64,000 bases of DNA, taken from the NCBI GenBank assembly GCA_905182255.1, contig CAJJAH010000007.1:14532-78531 (forward strand), read 5' to 3'. The DNA comes from Cryomorphaceae bacterium BACL11 MAG-121001-bin54 (GTDB lineage: Bacteria; Bacteroidota; Bacteroidia; Flavobacteriales; BACL11). Below are positions 8,779 to 16,972 of this stretch, in pieces. Position numbers and translations under genes: made by a program. Position 1 is the first letter of the stretch. The number at the start of each line of letters is the position of its first letter. The notes below the pieces were generated by a model. The model was not told the origin of the DNA and ran no database searches. It saw only the letters and a list, made by a program, of their open reading frames with translations.

Positions 8779-10685
8779 TTCCAAAAGAAACCATAGATCA
8801 AATATTTGAAACTGCTAGAATTGAAGAAATTGTTGGAGACTTCGTATCTCTTAAAAAAAGAGGAGTTAACTATATTGGAAACTGTCCCTTTCATAATGAA
8901 AAAACTCCCTCTTTTACAGTATCTCCCACAAAAGGAATTTACAAATGTTTTGGTTGTGGAAAAGGAGGTAACAGTATTAATTTTATCATGGAAATTGAGC
9001 ATTACAATTATCCTGAGGCTTTAAAATTTGTAGCCAAAAAGTATAATATTGAAATTGAAGAAGAAAAATTATCCTCAGAACAAATAGAGCGTTCAAATGA
9101 AAAGGATAGTTTATTTATTGTTTCAAATTACGCAAAGGAGTACTTTCAGGATGTACTCTGGAATACAGAAGAAGGAAAGTCAGTAGGACTTAGTTATTTT
9201 AAAGAAAGAGGCTTTACTGATGAAACAATTAAGAAATTTGAGCTAGGATATAACCCTAAAGCGAAAGATGCTTTTAGCAAAGAAGCCCTCAAAAAAGCAT
9301 ACGACAAGCAGGTGCTAATTTCTTCAGGATTATCATTAATTAATGAAAGTTCAGGACAAATAGTTGATCGATTTAAAGAAAGAACTATATTTCCTATTCA
9401 ATCATATTCAGGCCGCACATTAGGCTTTGGAGGAAGAGCCTTTAGCCCTAACGCAAAAGCAAAATATTTAAATTCACCCGAAAATTTAATTTACCATAAA
9501 AGCAAAGTACTATACGGTCTTAATTATTCCAAGAATGCGATAGGAAAAGAAGGGATTTGCTATATAGTTGAAGGTTATACAGATGTAATTTCCATGCATC
9601 AAAATGGAATAGAAAATGTTGTTTCTGCTTCAGGAACAGCTCTCACTTTAGAACAGATTAAACTCATTAATCGCTTAGCTAAAAATGTAGTTCTGCTTTT
9701 CGATGGAGATAACGCAGGAATAAAAGCCACCTATAAATCAATTAATATGATTTTAAAGGAAGGAATGAGCGTGAAGATTGTAGCATTTCCTAAAGGAGAT
9801 GATCCTGATTCTTTTTCCAAAAAATTATCAACTGAAGAATTTAAAGAGTTCTTAACTAATGATGCTGTAGATTTTATTGATTATAAAATCAAAATATCTG
9901 ATTTAAATACTAATGAAGATCCTACAAAAATCACAAATATAAAAAGAGATATTATTGAATCCATATCTTGTATTCCCGACAGTTTAAATCGTTCGCAATA
10001 TTGTAAAACGTTCAGTAAAAAACTCGATATTGCTGAAAATGTACTATTAAGTGAAGTAGCAAAATACAGGGTTAGTATTGGTTCTTTTGAACAAGTAGCA
10101 GATAGAAGTAAGATAAGTGGTCAACCCTCAAGAAAACCAAAAGAAAAGCTAAGTTCAGAAGGAAAATTAATGAAGTTAGAAGAAGAGATATTGCGCATAT
10201 TAATAAATTATGGGAATGATACTTTCACCACAGAAGAAGATGAGAAAGAGAGTGTAGCTTCTCTAATTTTTAGTGATCTTGGTGCTGATAACATCACATT
10301 TACAAATACTGCTTTTCATGCAATGTACATTGAAATAATAAGCGTGATTAAAGAAAAAGGAATTATTGATTTACAGCATTTTATTAATCATAAAAACCAA
10401 GAAATTAGCCAAAAGGCAATAGACCTTATTAGTAATAAACATAGCATAAGTAGTAATTGGGTTGATCGACATAAAATCTATACTGGAAGAGAAGATGAAA
10501 AAATACGCAAAACTACTGAAAAAGCTATTTTATCACTTAAAAAAGGACACATTGACAAGCAAATTAAAGGGTTACAACTAAAAATAAAAGATGGAAGTAT
10601 TGATCCTGAAGGCATCAAACTATTGAGCCACCTTACCCAAATAAAAACTCAGATTGCTAAATCTTTAGGAAGAAATGTGGGTTAG
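8775..10685 (+). CDS. dnaG: DNA primase
   Basis: Zinc finger CPFHNEKTPSFTV...CFGCGKGGN, Toprim motifs EGYTDV and DGDNAG. ATGA overlap with upstream gene. Confidence 0.93.
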   Translation: MIPKETIDQIFETARIEEIVGDFVSLKKRGVNYIGNCPFHNEKTPSFTVSPTKGIYKCFGCGKGGNSINFIMEIEHYNYPEALKFVAKKYNIEIEEEKLSSEQIERSNEKDSLFIVSNYAKEYFQDVLWNTEEGKSVGLSYFKERGFTDETIKKFELGYNPKAKDAFSKEALKKAYDKQVLISSGLSLINESSGQIVDRFKERTIFPIQSYSGRTLGFGGRAFSPNAKAKYLNSPENLIYHKSKVLYGLNYSKNAIGKEGICYIVEGYTDVISMHQNGIENVVSASGTALTLEQIKLINRLAKNVVLLFDGDNAGIKATYKSINMILKEGMSVKIVAFPKGDDPDSFSKKLSTEEFKEFLTNDAVDFIDYKIKISDLNTNEDPTKITNIKRDIIESISCIPDSLNRSQYCKTFSKKLDIAENVLLSEVAKYRVSIGSFEQVADRSKISGQPSRKPKEKLSSEGKLMKLEEEILRILINYGNDTFTTEEDEKESVASLIFSDLGADNITFTNTAFHAMYIEIISVIKEKGIIDLQHFINHKNQEISQKAIDLISNKHSISSNWVDRHKIYTGREDEKIRKTTEKAILSLKKGHIDKQIKGLQLKIKDGSIDPEGIKLLSHLTQIKTQIAKSLGRNVG

Positions 10686-10770
10686 CAACCTATTTTTTAA
10701 ATATGAGATTACTCTGAAAATTAAATTGATTTTTTAAGCTTGTTTTAGTAGATTAGTTAGTAGTGCAGAT

Positions 10771-10831
10771 TTTAGTCTTAAAGCTTACTTTAATGTAGTG
10801 AAATAAGTCTTGGTTGTAATCCTGCTACTTC
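10771..10831 (+). repeat. left copy of imperfect direct repeat flanking the metal cassette
   Basis: Core tggttgtaatcctgctacttc (10811-10831) matches 14207-14227 at 20 of 21 positions. Upstream tttagtcttaaagctt resembles tttagacttaagcttt at 14161. Confidence 0.6.
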
Positions 10832-10875
10832 TTCTCCTTTTCTCGTAATTAATTTAAATTTCTTATTAACTAATA

Positions 10876-11271
10876 TTATGGGCAGCAATTTTTATTATGG
10901 CATTTGTGAAAGTGCATGTTATATAAATGGAGCATAATAATCAAAAATGCAGGAATATAGATTAAATTTGGATTGAGATATATAATTTCAAGTGTATGGT
11001 TTACTATAGTAATAAATAGAAAAAACCATGTTATCCATAAGAATATTTTTAGCCAGTCTAAGCTCTTATCTTTTGTTGAATAATAGACTGCTACAAATGA
11101 TATACCTAAGAATAGATAATCAATTATTTGCCACCATACAGGTGCGTCAGAACAGCATGATATTGAACATGCTTTAGCGAGAAATATAAATGGAGTAATT
11201 ATACAGTGAATCATGCATAATGTGCTCGAAATCACTCCTATTCTATCATATGTTAAAGTACTACTACTCAT
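10876..11271 (-). CDS. MerC-domain-like Cys-rich membrane protein
   Basis: Four predicted TMs, Cys clusters CMIHC, CSISCCSD and C-terminal HKCHNKNCC. Start moved to MSSSTL (ATG 11271), because the track extension to 11325 runs through the divergent promoter/operator region. Confidence 0.6.
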   Translation of the reverse strand: MSSSTLTYDRIGVISSTLCMIHCIITPFIFLAKACSISCCSDAPVWWQIIDYLFLGISFVAVYYSTKDKSLDWLKIFLWITWFFLFITIVNHTLEIIYLNPNLIYIPAFLIIMLHLYNMHFHKCHNKNCCP

Positions 11272-11294
11272 TATTAATTTATTAAATAATTTTG

Positions 11295-11302
11295 CAAATT
11301 TA
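11295..11302 (-). promoter_or_regulatory. -7 promoter box TAaaTTTG upstream of MerC-like gene
   Basis: Reverse complement of caaattta. Overlaps a plus-strand TAatTTTG at 11287-11294, forming the near-palindrome TAATTTTGCAAATTTA. Confidence 0.5.
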
Positions 11303-11318
11303 TTATATTTATCAAAAT

Positions 11319-11337
11319 AACGCAATTAAGTTGCGTT
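11319..11337. promoter_or_regulatory. inverted repeat AACGCAA-N5-TTGCGTT, candidate Fur-family operator
   Basis: Perfect 7-bp arms with AT-rich flanks in the merC-like/fur-like divergent spacer. A third TTGCGT half-site at 11350-11355 overlaps the fur-like -7 box. Confidence 0.4.
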
Positions 11338-11344
11338 TATTTTT

Positions 11345-11352
11345 TAGATTTG
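11345..11352 (+). promoter_or_regulatory. -7 promoter box TAgaTTTG, 4 nt upstream of fur-like ATG
   Basis: TAnnTTTG with N4 spacing to ATG 11357. Confidence 0.55.
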
Positions 11353-11356
11353 CGTA

Positions 11357-11797
11357 ATGAAAATTAAAAATGATCATAATCTAGATTTTGCTTTAATTTT
11401 AGCTAATCACGGAGTAAGTAAAACTAAATTTAGAATTAATTTGTTAAATTTATTTTATGACAAGGAATCTTTAACGGTAAAAGAAGTTATGAATAAATTT
11501 TCTAATTTAATTAATAAGGTTACAATTTATAGAGCTTTAGTGAGTTTTGAGGAAAAGGGTTTGATTCATAAAGTTCCAAGTAGTAATAACATAATTAGAT
11601 ATTCTTTATGTAATGCAGATGAATGCAGTGCTAGTTTGCACAAACATAATCATGGTCATTTTATATGTAATAATTGCAATCAAACTTTTTGTTTAGAAAA
11701 TTATAAATCACCAGAAATTAAGCCTGTAGATGGTTTTTATATCAACTCCTTAAACTTAATTCTTGAGGGGTATTGTAAAGATTGTCATTTAAATTAA
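11357..11797 (+). CDS. Fur-family transcriptional repressor (Zur/Fur-like)
   Basis: Winged-helix N-terminus (TIYRALVSFEEKGLIHKV), metal sites HKHNHGHFICNNCNQ and CKDC at the C-terminus. Confidence 0.85.
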   Translation: MKIKNDHNLDFALILANHGVSKTKFRINLLNLFYDKESLTVKEVMNKFSNLINKVTIYRALVSFEEKGLIHKVPSSNNIIRYSLCNADECSASLHKHNHGHFICNNCNQTFCLENYKSPEIKPVDGFYINSLNLILEGYCKDCHLN

Positions 11798-11805
11798 TTT
11801 ATAAA

Positions 11806-12432
11806 ATGTTAAAAACAGAACGTTTATCTTTTACTTATAACAGCTCGCATATTTTCACTTTTCCAGATATTTTATTACAACAAGGAGAAGATTTATTGAT
11901 ATTAGGTGATTCAGGAGTAGGTAAAACCACATTAATTCAGATTTTATCTGGTCTACTTAGTCCTCAATCTGGATTTGTGGAAATGAATGGAACTCGCCTC
12001 CAAAATTTATCTTCAAAAAGTCTTGATCAATTTAGAGGTTCACATATTGGTGTGGTCTTTCAGAAAACACATTTTGTTAGAAATTTAAGTATCTTAGATA
12101 ATATGCTTTTATCTCTTTATTTATCAAACAAACTACAAGATAAAAAAAGAGCAATTCAATTATTGCAAGAAATTGGGTTAGCTGATAAGCTGAATAATAT
12201 GCCTGATGAATTAAGTCAGGGTGAACAGCAAAGAGCTGCAATTGCTACTGCCCTTATTAAAACACCTGATTTAATATTAGCAGATGAGCCAACTTCAAGT
12301 TTAGATGATAATAATTGCCAAAAAATTATCACATTACTTAAAGAACAGGCATCTTTAACAAACGCAAAATTGATTATCATCACTCACGATCAAAGATTGA
12401 AAGATCAATTCAATACATCAATTGAATTATGA
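11806..12432 (+). CDS. ABC transporter ATP-binding protein (MacB/LolD-like)
   Basis: Walker A GDSGVGKTT, signature LSQGEQQR, Walker B LILADEPTSSLD. ATG at 11806 preferred over TTG at 11782, which overlaps the fur-like gene. Confidence 0.9.
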   Translation: MLKTERLSFTYNSSHIFTFPDILLQQGEDLLILGDSGVGKTTLIQILSGLLSPQSGFVEMNGTRLQNLSSKSLDQFRGSHIGVVFQKTHFVRNLSILDNMLLSLYLSNKLQDKKRAIQLLQEIGLADKLNNMPDELSQGEQQRAAIATALIKTPDLILADEPTSSLDDNNCQKIITLLKEQASLTNAKLIIITHDQRLKDQFNTSIEL

Positions 12433-13646
12433 ATATAAATAGATTAAGCTGGATAAATATTATCCGTAATCCATTTAATACAATGCTGAGCTTGTTACTT
12501 ATGGCTTTTGGTATTGGTATAATTTCATTGATATTATTATTAAATAAATCTGTTGAAGAAAAAATCCAGCGTAATCTTAATGGAATAGATATGGTGATTG
12601 GAGCTAAGGGAAGTCCATTACAATTAATCCTCTCATCAATATATCATATTGACAATCCTACAGGCAATATTTTACTTGAAGAAGTCAATAAAATTAAATC
12701 AAATCCAATGATAGAATCAACCATTCCACTTTCTTTTGGGGATTCGTATAAAGGGTTTAGAATTGTTGGTACTACTCATGCATATCCTAAATTATTTCAA
12801 GTTAATTTTAAGTCAGGTAAATTATGGGTTAAATCTATGCAAGTAGTTGTTGGAAGTGATGTTGTTGAAGCTTGTCAATTAAAAATTGGAAGCACTTTTT
12901 ATAGTTCTCATGGTTTAGTTGAAGGTGGAGAAATTCACAATAAATATGCTTTCAAAGTTGTTGGTATACTTGATAAGTCAAATACAATTATTGATCAATT
13001 AATTCTAACAAATTCATCAAGTATAAGTAAAGTTCATAATAATAAAAAGCATTCAATTCATACCCATGAAGGGGTGGAGGGGGGTTGTTCTGTTGATCAT
13101 AATGAAATGATTACTTCTCTGTTAGTGAAATTTAGAAGTCCTGTCGGACTTATTAAGTTTCCAAGACAAGTTAATGAGACTAGTAATTTACAGGCGGCTG
13201 TTCCTGCTTTTGAAATCAATAGATTAATTAGTTTACTTGGTTTAGGATTGCGATCAATAAATATGATTGGTTTTTTTATAATTTTAGTATCAGGATTAAG
13301 TATATTTATTAGTCTATACAATTCTTTAAAAAAAAGACGTTATGAATTAGCTTTAATGAGAGTTTATGGAGCTTCAAGATTTCAGTTGGTTAAATTAGTT
13401 TTTCAAGAAGGTATGCTAGTATCAATATTAGGATTATTTTTGGGATTATTATTTAGTAGAGTTGTATTATTCATAGTATCATTTTTTATTAGTAAAAATT
13501 ATAGTTTTTATTCAATTGAATTAAGTTTAATCAAAGACGAATTATGGCTGTTTCCAATAGCTTTATCTATTGGACTCATCGCATCTTTAATTCCTATTAT
13601 TCAAGCATATCACATTAATATTCCTAAAACACTTTCAAATGTATAG
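12429..13646 (+). CDS. ABC transporter permease, FtsX/MacB type, with large extracytoplasmic domain
   Basis: One N-terminal TM, a roughly 230-aa extracytoplasmic domain, three C-terminal TMs. ATGA overlap with the ATPase gene. His/Cys-rich loop VHNNKKHSIHTHEGVEGGCSVDHNE. Confidence 0.85.
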   Translation: MNINRLSWINIIRNPFNTMLSLLLMAFGIGIISLILLLNKSVEEKIQRNLNGIDMVIGAKGSPLQLILSSIYHIDNPTGNILLEEVNKIKSNPMIESTIPLSFGDSYKGFRIVGTTHAYPKLFQVNFKSGKLWVKSMQVVVGSDVVEACQLKIGSTFYSSHGLVEGGEIHNKYAFKVVGILDKSNTIIDQLILTNSSSISKVHNNKKHSIHTHEGVEGGCSVDHNEMITSLLVKFRSPVGLIKFPRQVNETSNLQAAVPAFEINRLISLLGLGLRSINMIGFFIILVSGLSIFISLYNSLKKRRYELALMRVYGASRFQLVKLVFQEGMLVSILGLFLGLLFSRVVLFIVSFFISKNYSFYSIELSLIKDELWLFPIALSIGLIASLIPIIQAYHINIPKTLSNV

Positions 13647-14073
13647 AGTCATATTATTTGTCTTATTATTTACTTCAGAAGTAAGTTTTTCCCAAAATGA
13701 AATAACTTGGGATGATTTAGCTGATGTTGAATTTGAAGAGATTTATTCAGAAGAAATAGATGGTCTACTTTTATATCCTCATTTTGGTTTCAGTGTAAGA
13801 CAATTAGCAGGTAAACAAGTTTTGTTAAGAGGACACATATTAACTATTGACCCTAGTAAAGATTATTTCGTTCTTTCAAAGGGCCCAATATGGTCTTGTT
13901 TCTTTTGTGGGGCTGGAGGCCCAGAAACTGTTGTAGAGCTAAATTTGAAATCTAAAAAGAATAATTTTGTTATGGATGAAGTAGTCACAATTAAGGGAAC
14001 TCTTAGGCTTAACTCTGATGATATTTATAAATGTAATTATATTTTAGATTACGCTGAGGTAAGTAGCAGATGA
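13639..14073 (+). CDS. secreted DUF3299-like protein
   Basis: Signal peptide, ITWDDLADVEF N-terminus, YFVLSKGPIWSCFFCGAGGPETVVEL core resembling the DUF3299 pattern. 8-nt overlap with the permease gene. Confidence 0.55.
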   Translation: MYRVILFVLLFTSEVSFSQNEITWDDLADVEFEEIYSEEIDGLLLYPHFGFSVRQLAGKQVLLRGHILTIDPSKDYFVLSKGPIWSCFFCGAGGPETVVELNLKSKKNNFVMDEVVTIKGTLRLNSDDIYKCNYILDYAEVSSR

Positions 14074-14079
14074 TAATTA

Positions 14080-14119
14080 CCAAACAAAAACCCACTCAAA
14101 TAAGTGGGGTTTTGTTTGG
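14080..14119. terminator. long hairpin between convergent ABC operon and recJ (bidirectional terminator candidate)
   Basis: ccaaacaaaaacccac / gtggggttttgtttgg: 16-bp stem with one mismatch and an 8-nt loop. Begins 7 nt after the DUF3299-like stop. Confidence 0.6.
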
Positions 14120-14160
14120 TGGTCCTTACGGTCCTAAGTTCGAAATTTTTTAGAAAATTA

Positions 14161-14227
14161 TTTAGACTTAAGCTTTAATCTTTCAGCTAATATCCTTTTA
14201 AAGTGCTGGTTGTAATCTTGCTACTTC
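14161..14227 (+). repeat. right copy of imperfect direct repeat flanking the metal cassette
   Basis: Core tggttgtaatcttgctacttc (14207-14227). See left copy. Confidence 0.6.
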
Positions 14228-14234
14228 GACAGTT

Positions 14235-15917
14235 TTACTCTTTTATATCTCTTAGTCTTAATTGTAAACTTTTTTTACCATTCCATTCGTTTTCATCAAT
14301 AGAATAACAAACATCAAACGTTTTATTATCTTTAATCATTTCAAAGTACTCTCCCATACCAAAACCAATTCCAGCAATAGCGCCTTTATTTCTTTTTGCA
14401 TTAATTCTTAAATGAGTTTTATCCTCTCCAACTTGCTTACCATAACCATTATCAATCACTCCCTTACTGATAAAAATAGGCGGTAAATTTTTTGGTCCAA
14501 ATGGGGCAAACTGCTTTATAATTCGGTAAAGTTTATCATCCACATTATTAATGTCAATTACCATATCAATATTAATTTTTGGAGTAAGCTGATCTTCCGA
14601 AATAGACTCGATTACTGCTTTTTCAAAAGTATCAATAAACTGAGCTAAATTATCTTTTTTAATGCTTAGACCAGCAGCATATTTATGTCCTCCAAATTTT
14701 TCGCAGAGATGTTCGCACTTAGCTATTGCACTATATAAATCAAAATCATGTACCGAACGAGCAGAACCAGTAAGCATACCTTCTTTTTCTGCCAGTACAA
14801 TGGTAGGTTTGTAGTAATTTTCAATTAGACGAGAGGCAACAATTCCAACTACTCCTTTATGCCAATTTTTACTATAAACAACGGTTGATTTTTTTTTCAC
14901 ATCAACCATTTCCAAAGCTTTCTTTGTAATGCTTTTGTCTAGGCCTTTTCTTGTTGTGTTATTATCGTCGATTTTATCAGCAAATAGTTTTGCTTTACTA
15001 TAATCAGTTTCCACTAATATCTCAACTGCTTTTCTGGCATGATCTATTCTGCCAGCCGCATTTATTCTTGGTGCAACACCAAATACTAAGTCAGTTACTG
15101 TTACATCTTTAGTTTTATTTGCCGTTTCCATTAGTGCTTTTAAACCAACTCTAGGGGATTTGTTTATTTGTTGCAGGCCGTAAAAAGAAAACACTCTGTT
15201 TTCTCCTGTCATAGGTACAATGTCAGCACCAATACTTACGGTTAGCAAATCCAAGTATTCTATAATTTCAGAAAAATCAATATTATTTTGCTTACTAAAA
15301 GCTTGTATCAATTTAAAACCTACTCCGCAACCTGAAAGTTCCTTGTATGGATAATTACAATCTGCTTGCTTTGGATTAAGTATCGCAACAGCCTTAGGTA
15401 TTTTTTTACCTGGATTATGATGATCACAAATAATGAAATCTACTCCTTTTTCATTTGCATAATCAACTTGATTGACTGCACGAATTCCACAATCTAAAGC
15501 AATTATTAAGGTAAAATTATTTTTCTTAGCATAATCAATACCTTTTAATGAAATTCCATACCCCTCATCATATCTACAAGGGATATAATATTCTATTTCC
15601 TTTACCTTTTTCTTTAAAAATGAATACATCATAGCAACAGATGTGGTTCCATCGACATCGTAATCACCATATACCAAAACTTTCTCTCCACTTGCTATTG
15701 CAGTCTGGATTCTATCTACTGCTTTCTGCATATTCTTCATAAGGAAAGGATTGTTCAAATGAGATATTTCTGGGCGAAAAAATGACTTAGCCTCATCAAA
15801 AGTTGTTATTCCTCTTAGGACCAATAAATGTGCTACAATTTCTGACACATTTAAAGCTTTTGATAATTTGGAAGCAACTGTATTTTTTGATTCTAATATA
15901 TTCCAATTTTTATGCAT
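14235..15917 (-). CDS. recJ: single-stranded-DNA-specific exonuclease
   Basis: DHH family motifs GDYDVDGTTS, ICDHHNP, GGHKYAAG. 560 aa. Confidence 0.92.
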   Translation of the reverse strand: MHKNWNILESKNTVASKLSKALNVSEIVAHLLVLRGITTFDEAKSFFRPEISHLNNPFLMKNMQKAVDRIQTAIASGEKVLVYGDYDVDGTTSVAMMYSFLKKKVKEIEYYIPCRYDEGYGISLKGIDYAKKNNFTLIIALDCGIRAVNQVDYANEKGVDFIICDHHNPGKKIPKAVAILNPKQADCNYPYKELSGCGVGFKLIQAFSKQNNIDFSEIIEYLDLLTVSIGADIVPMTGENRVFSFYGLQQINKSPRVGLKALMETANKTKDVTVTDLVFGVAPRINAAGRIDHARKAVEILVETDYSKAKLFADKIDDNNTTRKGLDKSITKKALEMVDVKKKSTVVYSKNWHKGVVGIVASRLIENYYKPTIVLAEKEGMLTGSARSVHDFDLYSAIAKCEHLCEKFGGHKYAAGLSIKKDNLAQFIDTFEKAVIESISEDQLTPKINIDMVIDINNVDDKLYRIIKQFAPFGPKNLPPIFISKGVIDNGYGKQVGEDKTHLRINAKRNKGAIAGIGFGMGEYFEMIKDNKTFDVCYSIDENEWNGKKSLQLRLRDIKE

Positions 15918-16972
15918 TACTTACGCATTATTTTAGTTTGTGCCAGAATAGAGTATTTATGAATGAGGGCAAATATTTCTTCTACCATTTGCTCATCTAC
16001 GCCTAATAAATTTGCATTTTCTTTTCTGGTATTTAATATTTCAAACCATCTTTCAATTTGAAAAATAGTTAATCTATTTTCATTTTTAAAATTTGCTATA
16101 TGTTCAACTACTTGCTTTCTATTATTTAGCAACTCAATAATTTTTATGTCGAAATTATCAATCTGATTCCTGAAATTTAGCAACTGGAACTTAAACTCTT
16201 CATCTCTTAATTTTGTATCTCTCAATACTAAATTATTCATAATACTATTTAGCTCATCAGGGGAAACTTGCTGCTCTGCATCACTTAAAGCTAAGGAAGG
16301 ATTATGATGCGTTTCAATCATTAGTCCATCTAGATTAATATCCATAGCTGTTTGAGCAATATCTTCAACGAATGCCGCTTTGCCCGCTATATGACTCGGG
16401 TCACAAATAATTGGTAAATCTCTAATTTCTTTTCTTAATTTTATTGGAATTTCCCATTTGGGGTCATTTCTGAAGGCGACTTTCTCATGACTATAAAAAC
16501 CCCTATGGATTGCTGCCAATTTTTTTACTCCAACTTTATGTAGGCGTTCAAAAGCGCCTAGCCATAATCCTAGTTCTGGATGAATAGGATTTTTAACAAA
16601 AACAGGAATATCTACTCCCCTTAAAGCTTCTGCAATTTCTTGAACATAAAAAGGATTTACAGTAGTCCTGGCTCCAATCCAAAGCATATCAACTCCTGAT
16701 TCTAAACACAGTTCAACGTGTTTGGCTGTCGCTACTTCTGTAGCTATCTTTAGAGTTGTTTCTTGCTGTATAGTTTTAAGCCAAGGCAAGGCGTCTTTTC
16801 CGACCCCTTCAAATGAGTTAGGTTTAGTTCTGGGCTTCCAAACTCCTGCCCTAAATACATCAGCAGTCCCTTCAACTGCTTTAGCAATAGATAAAAGTTG
16901 ATTTTCTGATTCCGCACTACAAGGCCCGGCAATCAAGTACGGTTTCTTATTTATAAATTTCTTAAATTCCAT
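15917..16972 (-). CDS. bifunctional 3-deoxy-7-phosphoheptulonate synthase / chorismate mutase
   Basis: N-terminal KDO8P/DAHP-synthase-like LIAGPCSAES...ICDPSH, C-terminal chorismate-mutase type II helix IDNFDIKIIELLNNRKQVVEHI. Confidence 0.82.
   Translation of the reverse strand: MEFKKFINKKPYLIAGPCSAESENQLLSIAKAVEGTADVFRAGVWKPRTKPNSFEGVGKDALPWLKTIQQETTLKIATEVATAKHVELCLESGVDMLWIGARTTVNPFYVQEIAEALRGVDIPVFVKNPIHPELGLWLGAFERLHKVGVKKLAAIHRGFYSHEKVAFRNDPKWEIPIKLRKEIRDLPIICDPSHIAGKAAFVEDIAQTAMDINLDGLMIETHHNPSLALSDAEQQVSPDELNSIMNNLVLRDTKLRDEEFKFQLLNFRNQIDNFDIKIIELLNNRKQVVEHIANFKNENRLTIFQIERWFEILNTRKENANLLGVDEQMVEEIFALIHKYSILAQTKIMRK

Noticed and set aside
10876-11325. The MerC-like gene as evidence of a mercury-resistance (mer) operon.
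   Set aside because: No merR, merT, merP, merA or merB is present anywhere in the window, and the adjacent regulator is Fur-family. The 18-codon N-terminal extension in the ORF track (to 11325) runs through the promoter/operator region, so the start was moved to 11271.
14120-14150. Possible tRNA fragment or att remnant suggested by aagttcgaa (T-loop-like) after the hairpin.
   Set aside because: The flanks cannot be folded into a T arm or acceptor stem. The similarity is limited to a 7-8 nt AT-rich string.
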